This document shows, one piece after another, positions 18,531-27,519 of a stretch of DNA of 64,000 nucleotides. Numbering within the stretch: the first letter of the stretch is position 1; each line of letters starts with the position of its first letter. Under the pieces are notes generated by a model. That model was not told the DNA's origin and made no database searches. It saw only the letters and a program-made list of their open reading frames with translations. Position numbers and translations under genes: made by a program. This stretch comes from a bacterium (GTDB lineage: Bacteria > Auribacterota > UBA3054), in NCBI GenBank assembly GCA_017963805.1, contig JAGCTE010000015.1:122350-186349 (forward strand). Reading direction: 5' to 3'.

Positions 18531-20354
18531 ATGAGACGAATTATTAAATTTTCCCTTTTTCTTTCTTTAGTTTTCATGTCATATGTTTGCTTTGCAAACG
18601 AGGATATGGATTTTTCTTCAAACTTCGAAAAAGAAAAAGATCTGCTTGAACGGATAACGAAACTTCAGGCTCAAGTAAAAGACATAAAAGGGCAATACAT
18701 TTCAATAACTTCCCAATTGGAGAAGATACAGTTAAACATTCCTAAAGGACTTGTAAATTTTCCAGACCTTTTTGTCATTAATGATGACACGCTTGTTGTC
18801 GGGCCAGACGGGAATATATATTATGACGGATATGATGTAAGAAACGTTTTATGTTCTATAAACGGTTATTACGAAAGCGATAATTCAACAAACAATACTG
18901 AGCAAACAAGATCGGGATATGTTACGACTGAGCAATTTAATCAATTGGCTAGTCTTGTCTTTTCGTTAAGCGCCAATTGCCAGACGCTTAGCAATAATCT
19001 AAGTTCGATATCAAATACTGTTTACAATATTACTCAGCAAATGAGCATGATGGCGGCTACTGTACAGTATTTATCAACTCAGTGCGAAAATCTCAGTCAA
19101 AAATGTGACCTGATAGATTCTGCAATAGACATAAAAGACGACGGCAGGATAGTGATGAACGCCACATCTCCAATAATAGGAATCATTGAACCTAATTTCA
19201 CACCTTCACTTTATTCTTATCCTTCTATTTGGAGTTGGGATGGAATATGTACTAAATTTAACGTTTCGACTAACTCGCATTTGAAAAGCATAACTTTGTA
19301 TTGCAATGATATCAATAAAATAATGTCACCAGAAAGCGTTTACGTTTCTACTGGTGTTCCCAATAATGGCAGCTATCAAATGGCCTATTGGTACTGCAAT
19401 AGCGTAAATACCAATAGATTTCCTTTGTGTACTTACTCTTTTTCAAACCCAATCCTTATTAGGTCCGACAGGTTCCATTTATTAGGAATACGAAAAATAG
19501 GTAATAACCTTATATATCCATATGTTTGCAATGGATACAGGAATGGCGGATTGTACAAGCCTTATGGAGCAAACGAGTCTGAACTTCCGGTGAGGGGAGA
19601 TGATCCGCCTGATCCTGGACCTAGGGTTGGGCCATCAGATCCGCCTATGACATTGTCAGAATTTATGAACATGACATTTGAGTATTATTGGGAACCTTGT
19701 TTCGATTCATATGAGTTATGGTCTGTGTTCAATTTTGTTGAAGACGTCGGATTTACCTTTGATAAACACGGACTTGAATTGAAAAGCGGAGATATATCGA
19801 TTGCAGGAACTAGGGTTGTAACTGATGAAAGCCTTGGCGTAGCATTAACCAACAAAGCGGAAGTTTTAGGAGGGAAAATATCTTGGGATTCTTTTTGCCA
19901 AGGATTGAAAGATTATCTTATTACTGTTAACGGCGGAACAATAACTGGAGAATTGTACATTGAAGATCTAATTTTGCCTAACAATGGCAGTTGGCTTATA
20001 GGAAATGCCACGACTAGATCAGATATAAAAATTAACAATCCTAATGGATGCATAACGACATCTTCTGGTGATTTAAATTTGGCTTGCAATGGAGAAGATA
20101 CAAAAATAATTGCACATGATTTTGTGCAGTTTAGCGATTCAGAACAATGTGGGAAAGTGGTTATAAGTGCTGGTAGCACTTCTGTGTCAATTGCATCAGA
20201 TCTTTCTTCGGATGCAGTTGTAACTGTAACCCCCTCTCAACAAACAGATGTCAAATACTGGGTTGAAATCAACAGTCTAGGCGATGGATCGATAGTTATA
20301 GATGATAGAACAAACTGTGATTTGAGTTTCTTTTACATGATTATGAGAAAATAA
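18531..20354 (+). CDS. Island protein 1: secreted protein with an N-terminal coiled-coil and a beta-helix-like Cys-containing C-terminal region. A paralog starts at 62362
   Basis: About 607 aa from MRRIIKF. Has a signal peptide, then a heptad-like stretch LERITKLQAQVKDIKGQYISITSQLEKIQ, then short repeated beta-strand-like units. Confidence 0.55.
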   Translation: MRRIIKFSLFLSLVFMSYVCFANEDMDFSSNFEKEKDLLERITKLQAQVKDIKGQYISITSQLEKIQLNIPKGLVNFPDLFVINDDTLVVGPDGNIYYDGYDVRNVLCSINGYYESDNSTNNTEQTRSGYVTTEQFNQLASLVFSLSANCQTLSNNLSSISNTVYNITQQMSMMAATVQYLSTQCENLSQKCDLIDSAIDIKDDGRIVMNATSPIIGIIEPNFTPSLYSYPSIWSWDGICTKFNVSTNSHLKSITLYCNDINKIMSPESVYVSTGVPNNGSYQMAYWYCNSVNTNRFPLCTYSFSNPILIRSDRFHLLGIRKIGNNLIYPYVCNGYRNGGLYKPYGANESELPVRGDDPPDPGPRVGPSDPPMTLSEFMNMTFEYYWEPCFDSYELWSVFNFVEDVGFTFDKHGLELKSGDISIAGTRVVTDESLGVALTNKAEVLGGKISWDSFCQGLKDYLITVNGGTITGELYIEDLILPNNGSWLIGNATTRSDIKINNPNGCITTSSGDLNLACNGEDTKIIAHDFVQFSDSEQCGKVVISAGSTSVSIASDLSSDAVVTVTPSQQTDVKYWVEINSLGDGSIVIDDRTNCDLSFFYMIMRK

Positions 20355-20356
20355 AA

Positions 20357-22930
20357 ATGAGATTCATACCATTAAAAACAAAAATCATATTGATTTTTAT
20401 GGCATTAATGTGTTCGCTAATGATTTTCGCGGATAATGATCATTTTTATTATTACTATTGTTTTAATAGAAATTCTATGACTAATGTTGCCATGGGTTTC
20501 CCGTTTGGGATTTGTGAAATCATCCAAAGCAAATTATGGATTAAAGTGGAAGGTCAAGGACATTTACCTACATTTATAGCGAATGTACCGTTGGAGAACA
20601 AAACGGCGACTGATGTTATATATAATGACTCTCAGGGAAATGAATACTTTCCGGATCGTGATTTTAAATTAGTGTTTCAATGGGATCAGGTTGATTATGA
20701 AGACATAGAGGCTGAAGATGAAGTTAGAGGGGATATATTAAAAGAATATTATGAAGATCCAGCCATAACAATATTACACGATGTCGATATTTATTGTTTT
20801 ACCCCGAATTACACCGCATACTGTATTGAGATGGATAATAGCAGTAATGTTAAAATGGAAATATCTGATAATAATTTAAATTATGTGCCATGCACATTTA
20901 CAGATAATATAGAAACTACTATTGGATCTGGAAACAATCATAAAAGATATTACAAAACGGATTGGATTAGAAATCACAAGTATTATATAAAAGTCTATGG
21001 TCATGATGAAATTAACGATTATTATTCATCGGTACATGATTATAGTTTTACCATTAGAAGCGTTAAACCTATCGTATTAGTACATGGCATTAATTCGCAT
21101 CCTATAGATTCTAATGATAACAAGACAGCTTTTGAATGCATAAAAAAACATTTACCTAGAGCTGATGATCTTGACCCTATTTTACCTCTTGATTTTCCGT
21201 GGAATGATTCAGTGGGGGAATATACAGATTATTGTTTGAATGACAACTACTCTTTGTCAACTTTTATAAATAATAATTGTCAATATCTTGATAAAAAACC
21301 AATTGTGATTTCTCATTCGATTGGTGGCATGTTGATAATGAGACAAATTATTAATAACGATAACATATTGGGTAAAATTGACAAATTTATTTTTTATGGA
21401 ACTCCTTTTTGCGGTTCTGATAAAGCAAGCTGGTGGCTAACAAAAAATATACATATAACAAGCAACGATAATTTAAATCACCTTAAAAGGGGCTCTAAAC
21501 ACATTTGGAATTTGCTATCTAATATTCCGTCTTCATTCATCAATGATAAGCAGTCCACCTATTTTTATGGCAGCTCTGGATTTATGTTCTTCTTAGTATA
21601 TGGCGGTATTGATAGTGATAGCGTTGTATCTATTTCGTCTGCAAATTTGCCCGCAACTTTAGGTTTATCTTCTCTGGCAATATCCATTGACAAGAATCAT
21701 ACAGATATGAAGAAGTTATCATTCCCTTGTGAAGAAGAAGATTTGGTTGTATACAATATTTTAAAGGAATACATTAACGAATCTCCAGATAATAATACTG
21801 TAAATAATATATTTGATCCTTTATTGCGATTTTTTGGAGAATATAATTCCGCCATTGAACTACAAATGATTGATTATCACGATTTTGATTTTTATGAAAT
21901 TGAATATAGAGATTCAAATTCCGGAACGGAAGATTGGACAACATTAAGAATAGTTGAGGGTGATATTGAAAACAACTTAAACTATTATCATAGTGGAATT
22001 CTAAATTATGATAGCCAGCCAATTTTGATTAGATTAAAAAGTGATCATTTAGATAAAGTCAGTGATATACATTCTGTTAATATTAATGCTGGTAAAACGA
22101 CTTTTTTTAAAATGAAAATTATTAACGGAATTGCTGGCGATGATGTTATTTCACATTCTCTTAGTAATGATTCTTCTCTTCCGTTTTATAATATTCAGTT
22201 TCGTTTAAAAAATTTACCTAGACCTTGGATTAAATTCAAATTGTTGTCGCCCCCTAGACATCATAGAGAATCAAGACATTTAAATGTTAGATGGGAATGT
22301 GTTGATAATAGTAGATCTGGCGAAGACTATTCTATTTGGCTAGTTGTTGGATCGCAAAATAATAATGTTATTGATAGAATCAACGTTACAAATCTAACAT
22401 CCTATAATCTGAGCTTTTCCGATTACAATATGCCTCAAGGAGAGTATTGGTGGAAACTTGTTGCTGAGAATAATACAGATGATTTGGTTGAAAGCGAAAA
22501 GCGACCTTTTCATGTGGTAAATCAAGACTATTTTGATGACTCTGACGGAGATGGCTATGATGATTATGAAGAGTATATAAGGCACTCCAATCCGTATGAT
22601 GCAAACGACATTCCATTAATAATTGATTCTGGTGAAATCTGTCCCTTAGCATATTTAGATCAACAATACTTTTATAAAATAGAGACCAGTTTCAGAAATA
22701 ATATTTCATGGAGTTATAGAGGAAAGTTGCCAGAAGGAATAAAGCTAAGTCACAATGGAATTTTAAGCGGCATGTCAAAAGAACTTGGAACTTTTAATTT
22801 CACAATTCTTGTTTGCGGTCCTGGGCTAAAAGAAGATCAAATCAATATGACCTTGGAAACTTTAATACCACCAAATTCTGAAGTTACAACTGGAACTGGA
22901 TATTTTAAATCAGAAGGAGAAGAAGAATGA
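20357..22930 (+). CDS. Island protein 2: secreted multidomain protein with a lipase class-2/PGAP1-like alpha/beta-hydrolase core, an FN3-like segment, an EF-hand-like loop and a C-terminal putative-Ig (He_PIG-like) repeat
   Basis: 857 aa. Signal peptide. PIVLVHGINSHP (oxyanion region) and VISHSIGGMLI (nucleophile elbow) sit ~80 aa apart, as in Bacillus LipA. Also DSDGDGYDDYEE and LPEGIKLSHNGILSGMSKELGTFNFTI. Confidence 0.6.
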   Translation: MRFIPLKTKIILIFMALMCSLMIFADNDHFYYYYCFNRNSMTNVAMGFPFGICEIIQSKLWIKVEGQGHLPTFIANVPLENKTATDVIYNDSQGNEYFPDRDFKLVFQWDQVDYEDIEAEDEVRGDILKEYYEDPAITILHDVDIYCFTPNYTAYCIEMDNSSNVKMEISDNNLNYVPCTFTDNIETTIGSGNNHKRYYKTDWIRNHKYYIKVYGHDEINDYYSSVHDYSFTIRSVKPIVLVHGINSHPIDSNDNKTAFECIKKHLPRADDLDPILPLDFPWNDSVGEYTDYCLNDNYSLSTFINNNCQYLDKKPIVISHSIGGMLIMRQIINNDNILGKIDKFIFYGTPFCGSDKASWWLTKNIHITSNDNLNHLKRGSKHIWNLLSNIPSSFINDKQSTYFYGSSGFMFFLVYGGIDSDSVVSISSANLPATLGLSSLAISIDKNHTDMKKLSFPCEEEDLVVYNILKEYINESPDNNTVNNIFDPLLRFFGEYNSAIELQMIDYHDFDFYEIEYRDSNSGTEDWTTLRIVEGDIENNLNYYHSGILNYDSQPILIRLKSDHLDKVSDIHSVNINAGKTTFFKMKIINGIAGDDVISHSLSNDSSLPFYNIQFRLKNLPRPWIKFKLLSPPRHHRESRHLNVRWECVDNSRSGEDYSIWLVVGSQNNNVIDRINVTNLTSYNLSFSDYNMPQGEYWWKLVAENNTDDLVESEKRPFHVVNQDYFDDSDGDGYDDYEEYIRHSNPYDANDIPLIIDSGEICPLAYLDQQYFYKIETSFRNNISWSYRGKLPEGIKLSHNGILSGMSKELGTFNFTILVCGPGLKEDQINMTLETLIPPNSEVTTGTGYFKSEGEEE

Positions 22931-25323
22931 AACTAGGCAAATCTTTAGTTATTGTTATTTTTTTGTTGATATTAAGCGCTTGGTCAACATCAAATTCTTA
23001 TTTAAATAAATACCCTGGCATAGTTGCTATAACTACCAAAAGTGGAAATGCATTATTCGGAAAAAGGGACGAGAACAAAATTTTCCTTAACAAGGGGGAT
23101 CTTTATGAGGAATGCGATGGATGCGGATATATATACGAAAAATACGGTTTTATAGATGACATGACCAGAAGTTTTATTAAAGAAAATATCGAGCCGTCTA
23201 GAACGCCGTATAAAAATGTTAATAAGGAGTTGGAAAAACAATATGATGATTTTCAATCCGTAATCAGAAGTAAAAAACTGCCCGATAATTGGGTTGATAA
23301 CCCGGAAGGTCGTTATCAGTCTATTAAAGAAGGACTTTTAAGGGAGATCGATCGTTTGAAGGTATCCGGAAATTCCAAAGCAGACGAAAAGATAAAACAG
23401 CTAAAGGCAGAATATGCCTTTTATACGAACCGATATAGCGATTCAAAAATATTTGAAAAAATATCAGATCCTGACTTTGACCTTGATCAGGATGGATTAA
23501 CCAATTTGGAAGAATTCTACTGTCAGTCAGACCCTCTTGTCAGAAGCGGGCTTGCCGTATCTCCGGCTTTTTATAAATTTACTCTTAACGACAGTCTTGT
23601 TTACACCGGTAAATTCAGTATTGCAAATTTGACAAACACCAACAGGACATATTCTATTTACAGTAGATATCAAAGTTCTGATAATCGTTATGCTCCCAAA
23701 ATCGTACCGCTAAATTCTAAATTTTGCGTAGATAAAAATGGTTATATGGTGTTTAACATACCTCCAAAATCGAAGCAGTATTTTTTGTATCTGTTAAATG
23801 CTGAATATCTACCTTATTGTTTTGGCAATCTTTATAGTGTCAGCGTAAGGATTAAAAACGATTTGGGATTTATGGGGACGGATCTTGGAAATGTAGTTTT
23901 TTATATGTTTGGCAACAAGGGGTCCGAGATTTCAAAGACGGATAATCTTTATCCGAAATCCGGCGCAAGATTACAGCCGGAGAACAATACTCTTTCATTT
24001 ATATGGAAATCTGGTGAGCGCAATATTTCGAAGAATAGAGAGGAAGAGATAAGGTATGTTATACAGTTTTATAATGCGGATAAAAAAATGGCTTTTGATT
24101 ATTTCTGTTTTACAAACAAGTTTTTTGCTCCGGCTAAGAATGATCTCAATACTTTCTCGCCAGGCATTTATTTTTGGAGAATCATAAAGCAAGATGCATT
24201 CAGCGCCCCTGCTTGTTCAGATTGGAATTGGTTCTCCATAGGGAAAAAAGCAGACGAAGGCTGCTCAAATACATTGGAAAAAGGAAAGAGATTAATTCCG
24301 GAGAAAAAATATAATTGTGGAATAGCCTATTACGATATGTATAAAGGAATTCCATTTGATTTTGATATTTGTCCGCTGAAAGCTTCTGAAAAACAACCTT
24401 TCATTTACAAACTTCCAAAAGATTTTGAATGTTTTTTCGATGACAATTATTGGCATTTAAAGGGAACCCCTCATGAAGTCGGAAGATGGACAAACATGTG
24501 GTTCCGTATTAAGGCGGATAGGGCCTGGACTAACATTTGTGTTTTTAGTGTTTATGATCCTGCCGAAGAGATTTTGTCGCGTTCTTTTTACGATTTGGGT
24601 AAGAAAGCTGTTGTTCATGATTTAACAGTTGATTATCGATTCGAATATCCATTGCAAAGTTATTTTGATATCATTTCTAAAACTTCTGATACCGTTTTAA
24701 GCAAAGATTATTCTGTCAAGATCTCACCAGATCTTCCGGATGGATTGACTTTATCATTTGAAGACGGAAGATATATCATATCCGGTATTCCTAAAAATGT
24801 CGGCGAGTTTATTGCAGAAATAACTTATGAAAAGGATAATTTGCTCAAAGAAAAGCATATTTTTAATATACGCACAAGCAAAAATCCCAAGCCGCTTACT
24901 TTTGCCGAAGAGTGGAATGTCGTTTACCTAAGCGAAGAACCTTGGGGGCATTACCAATATTTCATGGTGGGGTTTAAAAAAGGAATGGTCAGGCATATTT
25001 TGAGCGATGAAAAAAGTGTCAGATATCCTTTATCTCTAGATTATCTAGCGTATGGGAGAAAACGTATTATGCTTGATTCTTATGAAACTAGTTTTGGACA
25101 AAAGAGGAGAGCATATAAAAAGCACGACGAAAATCAGCAGGAAGTAGAATTGTTATCGCCTCTCCCCAACGGCATAAGGTTAGAAGAAAGCGACGGCAAA
25201 TTTTACCTTGAATGTGAATTGCGTTCAGTTGGAGCTTTTACGAATCTTATCAGGATAGTCAGTCAAGATGGCGTATATACAAACATGCATATTTTCAGAG
25301 TAGAAAAAGTAAAAACCCAATAA
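22927..25323 (+). CDS. Island protein 3: secreted protein with an EF-hand-like loop and several putative-Ig (He_PIG-like) repeats
   Basis: 798 aa. Signal peptide. Its start overlaps the gene 2 stop (ATGA). Has DLDQDGLTNLEE, and repeats LPDGLTLSFEDGRYIISGIPKNVGEF and LPNGIRLEESDGKFYLECELRSVGAF. Confidence 0.5.
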   Translation: MKLGKSLVIVIFLLILSAWSTSNSYLNKYPGIVAITTKSGNALFGKRDENKIFLNKGDLYEECDGCGYIYEKYGFIDDMTRSFIKENIEPSRTPYKNVNKELEKQYDDFQSVIRSKKLPDNWVDNPEGRYQSIKEGLLREIDRLKVSGNSKADEKIKQLKAEYAFYTNRYSDSKIFEKISDPDFDLDQDGLTNLEEFYCQSDPLVRSGLAVSPAFYKFTLNDSLVYTGKFSIANLTNTNRTYSIYSRYQSSDNRYAPKIVPLNSKFCVDKNGYMVFNIPPKSKQYFLYLLNAEYLPYCFGNLYSVSVRIKNDLGFMGTDLGNVVFYMFGNKGSEISKTDNLYPKSGARLQPENNTLSFIWKSGERNISKNREEEIRYVIQFYNADKKMAFDYFCFTNKFFAPAKNDLNTFSPGIYFWRIIKQDAFSAPACSDWNWFSIGKKADEGCSNTLEKGKRLIPEKKYNCGIAYYDMYKGIPFDFDICPLKASEKQPFIYKLPKDFECFFDDNYWHLKGTPHEVGRWTNMWFRIKADRAWTNICVFSVYDPAEEILSRSFYDLGKKAVVHDLTVDYRFEYPLQSYFDIISKTSDTVLSKDYSVKISPDLPDGLTLSFEDGRYIISGIPKNVGEFIAEITYEKDNLLKEKHIFNIRTSKNPKPLTFAEEWNVVYLSEEPWGHYQYFMVGFKKGMVRHILSDEKSVRYPLSLDYLAYGRKRIMLDSYETSFGQKRRAYKKHDENQQEVELLSPLPNGIRLEESDGKFYLECELRSVGAFTNLIRIVSQDGVYTNMHIFRVEKVKTQ

Positions 25324-25337
25324 TTTTACGGGCTTTT

Positions 25338-25682
25338 TTACTTGAAAATAAAGTAGCAGGCGGCCACCATGCAGAGGGCGGCGTAGAGGAAGTTCCAGGA
25401 AACTTTCTCTTTCATGATGAAGATCGCGAAGGGAACGAAGACGGAGAGAGTGACGATCTCCTGGGTGATCTTCATCTGCATCAGGGTCAGCGACTGGTTG
25501 CCGAAGCGGTTGGCCGGGATCATGATGCTGTATTCGAAGAAGGCTATTATCCAGCTTGTTAGAATGGCGAGGAAAACAGGGGCGTCCGCTTTGTTCTTCA
25601 AATGGTAGTACCAAGCGAAGGTCATGAAGATGTTGGAGAGGACGAGCATGGAGGCGTAGAGGAAAAAATGGGCGAATTTCAT
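25338..25682 (-). CDS. Small DMT-superfamily-like membrane protein (DUF486-like)
   Basis: 114 aa and wholly hydrophobic, with about 4 predicted TM helices. Confidence 0.45.
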   Translation of the reverse strand: MKFAHFFLYASMLVLSNIFMTFAWYYHLKNKADAPVFLAILTSWIIAFFEYSIMIPANRFGNQSLTLMQMKITQEIVTLSVFVPFAIFIMKEKVSWNFLYAALCMVAACYFIFK

Positions 25683-26062
25683 ATCTGTCTGTTCCAGGCC
25701 GTGCCGGTCTTATTGTTGGTTATTGTGAGCGCGAAGAGGTTTTTTATGTGGGCTATCGCTTCGGAAATCCTCTGGGATGGCTTTTCGGGAAGCTCAAGGA
25801 GAAGCTTTTCCGGATTGGGGCCTATGGCCCTGGAGAGCGCCGCGAGGTAGAGCTCCTCTTCATCAAGATCCCGGCAGGCCTTGTAAAGGATGGGGGAGAG
25901 CCAAGGCCAATTTTCCATTTCGGCGATCCTTGCTTTTATCTCATCCTGGCTCCAGCCGCGCAGCGCAAGGTCGCCCTGGACGTTCTTGAAGACCGTCATG
26001 TGCGGGTACAGGGCGTGCCTTTGGGAAACGAATGCGGTGTCAGATGAACCGAAAGCGAACAT
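25679..26062 (-). CDS. Hypothetical protein with degenerate ABC-ATPase-like segments. A gene remnant is possible
   Basis: 127 aa. ALYPHMTVFKNV resembles the ABC Q-loop region and ALSRAIGPNPEKLLLELP resembles the Walker-B region with the D replaced by E. Walker A and the signature motif are absent. Confidence 0.3.
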   Translation of the reverse strand: MFAFGSSDTAFVSQRHALYPHMTVFKNVQGDLALRGWSQDEIKARIAEMENWPWLSPILYKACRDLDEEELYLAALSRAIGPNPEKLLLELPEKPSQRISEAIAHIKNLFALTITNNKTGTAWNRQI

Positions 26063-27510
26063 TACTTCTTATTCGAGCTTTTCTTAATGAAGCTTACGAT
26101 GTCGGCTTTGAGTTTGGCGCGCTCAGAGTCTATGGTGTACATCATGTGCCCGCCCTTGTAGTAGGTCTGGGAGATGTTCTTCTGCAGTTCGGGAGTAAGC
26201 GGCATATGGTTCACCGTGTGCCAGGTCGCGAAATACGGAGTGGCGAGGTCGAAGTAGCCGTTGGCGATCATGACCTTGAGATCCGTGTTGCGGCAGATAG
26301 CCTGGCGCAGTCTGTCGCTGACGTTGACGTATTTGCCCTCGTGGTCGAATTTCCAGGGATGCGCGCGGCCGGTCAGGACAAGATAGAGTTTTTCCGAATC
26401 GTAATTCAGTTCGCTTCTTACGTAATCGTTGAAGCAGGTCGTGAAAACGCCGGCGGTGGCGGAATGGCTTGGATCGGTCTCGGGATGGTCGCCGGCTCTT
26501 TCGCCGTCTCTTCCTTTGATCCTGCCGTCGAAGCGGCCGACGCTGTAGCCTTCCTCTTTCAGGAGGTTCTTGGTGAAGCGCCAGATGGAGGGCTTCAGGT
26601 TGCAGTCAAGCACGAACTGCTCGCTAAGACCGGTGTAGGAAGAGAGCTTTTTGGCCACCTCCAGCTTATCCTCTTCGGGAAGAGCCGTGCCCAGAAAGAG
26701 TGCGCGGAGATATTCGTTGACGGCGAAGCTTTCAACTTCGGAAAGGAAATCGCTTTGCTTCGTTCCTTTTCCGGCTTTGCCGTGATAGTGGGCGATCGCG
26801 GCGTAAGTCGGCAGGAAGAGAATGTAGGGGAGATCGTTGCCGAAGTCGAACCTCGCGGTGCCGAAATCAAGGATGGAGGAAACGAGTATGATGCCGTTAA
26901 GGTACATGCCCTGCTCGTTGTTCAAGTATCCGGCAAGGCCCGCGGAGCGCGTCGTGCCGTAGCTTTCGCCGAGGAGGTATTTGGGGGACATCCAGCGGCC
27001 TTGCTGGCTTGAAAAACGCATGATGAAGTCGCCCATGGCCTCGATGTCTTTTTCCAAACCGTGGAACTCGTCCTCGTGGTCTAGGTCGGCGGCGCGGGAG
27101 AAGCCCGTGCTGACAGGGTCTACGAAGACAAGGTCGGCTATGTCAAGGAGCGTTTCCTTGTTGTCCACGATCTCAAAAGGCGGTTTCGGAGCGGATCCGT
27201 CGGCGTTCATCCTGCAGCGCCTGGGGCCGAAGGCGCCCATGTGAAGCCAGATGGAGGAGGAGCCGGGGCCTCCGTTATAGATGAAGATAACGGGGCGGCT
27301 TTTCTTGTCTCTCACGCCGTCTTTTTCGTAGTAGGTGAAAAAGATCCTGGCTTTTATTTTGCTCTCGTCCTTGTGCTCCCTTAGGAAGAGCGTGCCGGTC
27401 GTGGCGGTATAGTTGAGCTTAGTGTTTCCCAGTTTGAGGGAATGTTTGGTCGTTACTCTTTCCTCTTTCTCGGGAACGGGAGGATTTTTGACTTCTTTTT
27501 CGTTTTCCAT
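26062..27510 (-). CDS. Serine carboxypeptidase (peptidase S10 family)-like
   Basis: 482 aa. Has YNGGPGSSS (the S10 GGPGCSS-like motif) and GESYG around the catalytic Ser. Confidence 0.7.
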   Translation of the reverse strand: MENEKEVKNPPVPEKEERVTTKHSLKLGNTKLNYTATTGTLFLREHKDESKIKARIFFTYYEKDGVRDKKSRPVIFIYNGGPGSSSIWLHMGAFGPRRCRMNADGSAPKPPFEIVDNKETLLDIADLVFVDPVSTGFSRAADLDHEDEFHGLEKDIEAMGDFIMRFSSQQGRWMSPKYLLGESYGTTRSAGLAGYLNNEQGMYLNGIILVSSILDFGTARFDFGNDLPYILFLPTYAAIAHYHGKAGKGTKQSDFLSEVESFAVNEYLRALFLGTALPEEDKLEVAKKLSSYTGLSEQFVLDCNLKPSIWRFTKNLLKEEGYSVGRFDGRIKGRDGERAGDHPETDPSHSATAGVFTTCFNDYVRSELNYDSEKLYLVLTGRAHPWKFDHEGKYVNVSDRLRQAICRNTDLKVMIANGYFDLATPYFATWHTVNHMPLTPELQKNISQTYYKGGHMMYTIDSERAKLKADIVSFIKKSSNKK

Positions 27511-27519
27511 AAATGTCCT

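Larger units (their letters stand above)
18480..25335. other. AT-rich (~30% GC against ~60% in the flanks) putative horizontally acquired island carrying a three-gene secreted-protein operon
   Basis: Base composition changes abruptly at both edges. The same 10-mer TTTTACTTGA occurs at 18481..18490 and 25336..25345. No integrase or tRNA is visible. Confidence 0.6.

Noticed and set aside
18480-25335. Island considered as a prophage or integrative element
   Set aside because: There is no integrase, recombinase, tRNA, capsid, terminase or tail-assembly gene, only three secreted proteins. The call is kept as a generic horizontally acquired island.
25300-25345. Possible terminator after island gene 3
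   Set aside because: It has only a 3-6 bp AT-rich stem before the T tract, which is too weak to call.
26032-27012. 326-aa plus-strand ORF
   Set aside because: It is antisense to the S10 carboxypeptidase-like gene, which carries the GGPGSSS motif.
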